The translations under genes were made by a program, and so were the position numbers. Below, piece after piece: positions 61,931-64,000 of a stretch of DNA of 64,000 nt. Origin of the DNA: an uncultured Gammaproteobacteria bacterium (GTDB lineage: Bacteria; Patescibacteriota; Patescibacteriia; Patescibacteriales; UBA12465). The notes under the pieces are model-generated. The model saw only the letters and a list, made by a program, of their open reading frames with translations. It did no database searches and was not told the origin of the DNA. The DNA is taken from assembly GCA_964473565.1 (NCBI GenBank), contig CAYYPI010000002.1:3095-67094 (forward strand), in the 5' to 3' direction. Position 1 is the first letter of the stretch. Each line of letters begins with the position of its first letter.

Positions 61931-62593
61931 TTACTTCTTGCCATTCCATTCATCAAAGAATTCTTGAAGAAATAATTCCATAAATTTATGTCTTTCATTA
62001 GCCATTTTCTTAGCTGTTTCTGTATTCATATTTTCTTTTAATTTCAAAAGCTTACTATAGAAATGATGTACTGTTGAAGAATCTTTTTCAGATTCATCAA
62101 AACTATCTCTATCAAAAGGTTTTTCTGGAATCCACATGGGAACTTGATTTGCTCCACTAAATGAAAAAGTTCTTCCAATTCCAATTGCACCAATTGCATC
62201 TAAGTTATCAGCATCTTGTAAAACTAATGTTTCAATATCATTTACTGTTTTTCCATTTTCAGAAAAATTGTATTCTTCATGATATTCGACACAATGAAGA
62301 ACTTTTTCTTTTTGTTCTTCAGTTAAATTAGTTTTATCAAGAATTTCTTTAACTTTTGGTAATGAATCTTTTGGAGAGCAAAATTTTCCAGTTTCCTTTT
62401 GAATGATTCTATGAACATCATGTAAAAATGCAGAAACAGCAATAATTAACTTATCTCCACCTTCTTTTTCTTGAAGTGTTAAAGCAGTATTCATAGTACG
62501 CTTTAAATGATAAATATCATGTCCGCTACTTTCTTCATGAAAAAGAACTTTTACTTCTTTTTCAAGCTGATGAATTATTTCTTCCATAAACAT
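61931..62593 (-). CDS. HD-domain phosphohydrolase (YpgQ-like)
   Basis: SGHDIYHLKRT...AFLHDVHR...DADNLDAIGAIG. Start moved to MFMEE (62593, or 62587) because the track's TTG start at 62767 reads through element C. Confidence 0.75.
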   Translation of the reverse strand: MFMEEIIHQLEKEVKVLFHEESSGHDIYHLKRTMNTALTLQEKEGGDKLIIAVSAFLHDVHRIIQKETGKFCSPKDSLPKVKEILDKTNLTEEQKEKVLHCVEYHEEYNFSENGKTVNDIETLVLQDADNLDAIGAIGIGRTFSFSGANQVPMWIPEKPFDRDSFDESEKDSSTVHHFYSKLLKLKENMNTETAKKMANERHKFMELFLQEFFDEWNGKK

Positions 62594-62630
62594 AGATAGA
62601 TGAATGGTTATTAATAAATTTTCGGTTATA

Positions 62631-62745
62631 CCCAAACTTAAATGTCGTATAACGTTCGCGTATATCTGATGTTGCGACCGAAGGGAGCCATATGGGTGAG
62701 CATTTGCCGTTAAGCAAGCGCGAACCAGATATACGCTGTTAGCTG
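62631..62745. repeat. GC-rich structured boundary element C (attC-like)
   Basis: CCCAAACTTAAA-tgt-CGTATAAC-GTTCGC...ATATGGGTGA-[GCATTTGC cgttaa GCAAGCGC]-GAACC-agatatac-gct-GTTAGCTG. Also the internal 11-bp inverted repeat GCGTATATCTG / CAGATATACGC. Confidence 0.6.
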
Positions 62746-62854
62746 ATGTATTCCTTTTCTTTTCCAACGATAGTCAGTTGTTTTAAAAATTTTCAAATTT
62801 CTTTTTCCGTACCCAAAACACCACTTTCTGTTTGAGGGAGGAGCAAGAGGGGAA

Positions 62855-62875
62855 CAAAAGGGGTGAATTGCCCCG
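62855..62875 (-). terminator. weak terminator-like hairpin after the ATPase ORF
   Basis: GGGG-caattca-CCCC followed by TTTTG on the minus strand. The stem is only 4 bp. Confidence 0.3.
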
Positions 62876-62889
62876 ACCGAAAACATTCC

Positions 62890-64000
62890 CTATTTGTTCA
62901 ATAAATATTTCCTTTCTCGTTGCCTAAAGGCTTCCTCTCCGCCTTCAAGAATATCTCTGATATTTTTGTTTATTTCGGGGTTTTCAATGCTTCCTGCTAA
63001 ATAGTCCAATTCTTGATCTAGTCTTGCTACGATTATTTGTTCAGCATCCGCATTAACTACCAGATTGGCGTTGTGGGTTGACATTATGATTTGCCTTGAT
63101 TGTTTGGCCTTCCGGATTAGTGGAACAAGCTCATTCATTATGAAGTTGTTATCAAGGTTGTCTTCGGGCTGATCTATAATGAACACTTGTTTTGCAGTTG
63201 CGGTAGCTAAATAGACTTTTAGTAACAGCGTTCCTCTTTGTCCGATTGATAAAATTTCCGTTGCCTTTCCATTTAATTTCGCAATTGCTTTTACTCCCAA
63301 GAAGTCAGCCCATTCAGTGAATATATAATATGTAATTCCGCTGATTCCATCACGGCTAAAGCATTTTTGTTCACTTAAATCAGTTTTTTGTATCCATACT
63401 GATAGATTTTCAAAAGTTATTTCTCGGGGTGTTCCATCTTCATTTGTACCGGCTATCATTTTTTTCAGATCAGTTTCATTTGCCACTTTCCGATTATCTA
63501 GGAAATCATCCAACACACGTTTAGCAAATTTTTTGAAATTAAATTCAATTTTTCCCTCAACTTCAATACCTTTGATAATTTTATCGAATAGTTCCTTTTC
63601 TTCGACTGTTGAATCATCGCGTGAATTTTGAAAATCTTGAAATGCTTGCGTTATAGCATTTTTTAGGGCAAGCAATGAATTACTAATTTGTTCCAAAATT
63701 TTTCTTCTTTCATCGTGTAAGTCCGTCAATTGTTTTTTTGACTGCTTGTAACTTTCAATATCTTTTCCAATGTTGCTTATTTGGCGTTGTAAATTTTCAC
63801 TGGCTTGTAATAGAGTGTTAACGTCTTCCTTGATACCCTGTTCAATAAGTTTCTTTTTTAAGGCGATAATTTCATCTCTCAATTGTTTCATATCTTCCTC
63901 AATTTTTGCCTGTAATTCGCTTAGTATTTTTGTCTGCTTGCTAACATCTAGCCCTTCAATTAGATCATTGTCAGGGTAGTGTTCTTTTAAAATGACGTTG
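62890..64000 (-). CDS. SMC/Rad50-like ABC-type ATPase, C-terminal part (5' end lies beyond the window)
   Basis: The frame stays open upstream of the track's ATG to position 64000. Coiled-coil stretch, then signature-like LSIGQRG, Walker B FIIDQPEDNLD and H-loop STHNANL. Confidence 0.75.
   Translation of the reverse strand, partial: NVILKEHYPDNDLIEGLDVSKQTKILSELQAKIEEDMKQLRDEIIALKKKLIEQGIKEDVNTLLQASENLQRQISNIGKDIESYKQSKKQLTDLHDERRKILEQISNSLLALKNAITQAFQDFQNSRDDSTVEEKELFDKIIKGIEVEGKIEFNFKKFAKRVLDDFLDNRKVANETDLKKMIAGTNEDGTPREITFENLSVWIQKTDLSEQKCFSRDGISGITYYIFTEWADFLGVKAIAKLNGKATEILSIGQRGTLLLKVYLATATAKQVFIIDQPEDNLDNNFIMNELVPLIRKAKQSRQIIMSTHNANLVVNADAEQIIVARLDQELDYLAGSIENPEINKNIRDILEGGEEAFRQRERKYLLNK

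Noticed and set aside
60745-62745. Whether elements A-C could be a CRISPR array, or tRNA- or tmRNA-like genes.
   Set aside because: The units are 115-155 nt, irregularly spaced (about 1 kb apart) and separated by genes, not by 25-40-nt spacers. No cloverleaf or acceptor/T-arm arrangement can be drawn.
60795-62767. ORFs reading through the GC-rich elements: 60795-61043 (+), 61759-61998 (-), and the TTG-initiated extension 62594-62767 of the HD gene.
   Set aside because: Their openness is a by-product of GC-rich non-coding repeats. The peptide segments are Arg/Pro/Gly-rich, are not conserved between element copies at the protein level, and use non-ATG starts.

Overview
AT-rich bacterial chromosome segment that uses the standard genetic code, with long uninterrupted ORFs, very short intergenic gaps and many hairpin+T-run terminators. 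The gene content, and the many small secreted or membrane proteins carrying lineage-specific repeat modules, resemble a small-genome uncultivated lineage (CPR/Patescibacteria-like). That placement is inference only. Positions 1-59.4 kb are mostly core genes: single-chain purL, tpiA, gyrB, eno-pgk, dtd, clpB, def-fmt, dnaB, ybaB-recR, rplU, murA, galU plus three GT2 glycosyltransferases, a dcd-thyA-DHFR-like-kinase-adk-tmk-like operon, four tRNAs, an ABC exporter, and a run of nucleotide house-cleaning hydrolases. Two things stand out. (1) 59.6-64 kb is an accessory tail. Small co-oriented minus-strand ORFs are separated by three mutually homologous GC-rich structured elements plus a decayed fourth. 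The element ends carry ...AAC / GTT... cores, one gene is bracketed by nested inverted repeats, and a 95%-identical fragment of that gene sits at another junction. This is an integron-like attC/cassette architecture with no integrase inside the window, and the array runs off the right edge. (2) A four-gene minus-strand operon encodes a membrane-anchored Clp/Hsp100 paralogue with a degenerate first ATPase domain together with a secreted trypsin-like protease. It is divergent from a clpB gene that has a perfect CIRCE operator and that combines a ClpB-length M-domain with a ClpC-type IGF loop. No homology searches or folding computations could be run, so all calls rest on motifs read by eye.
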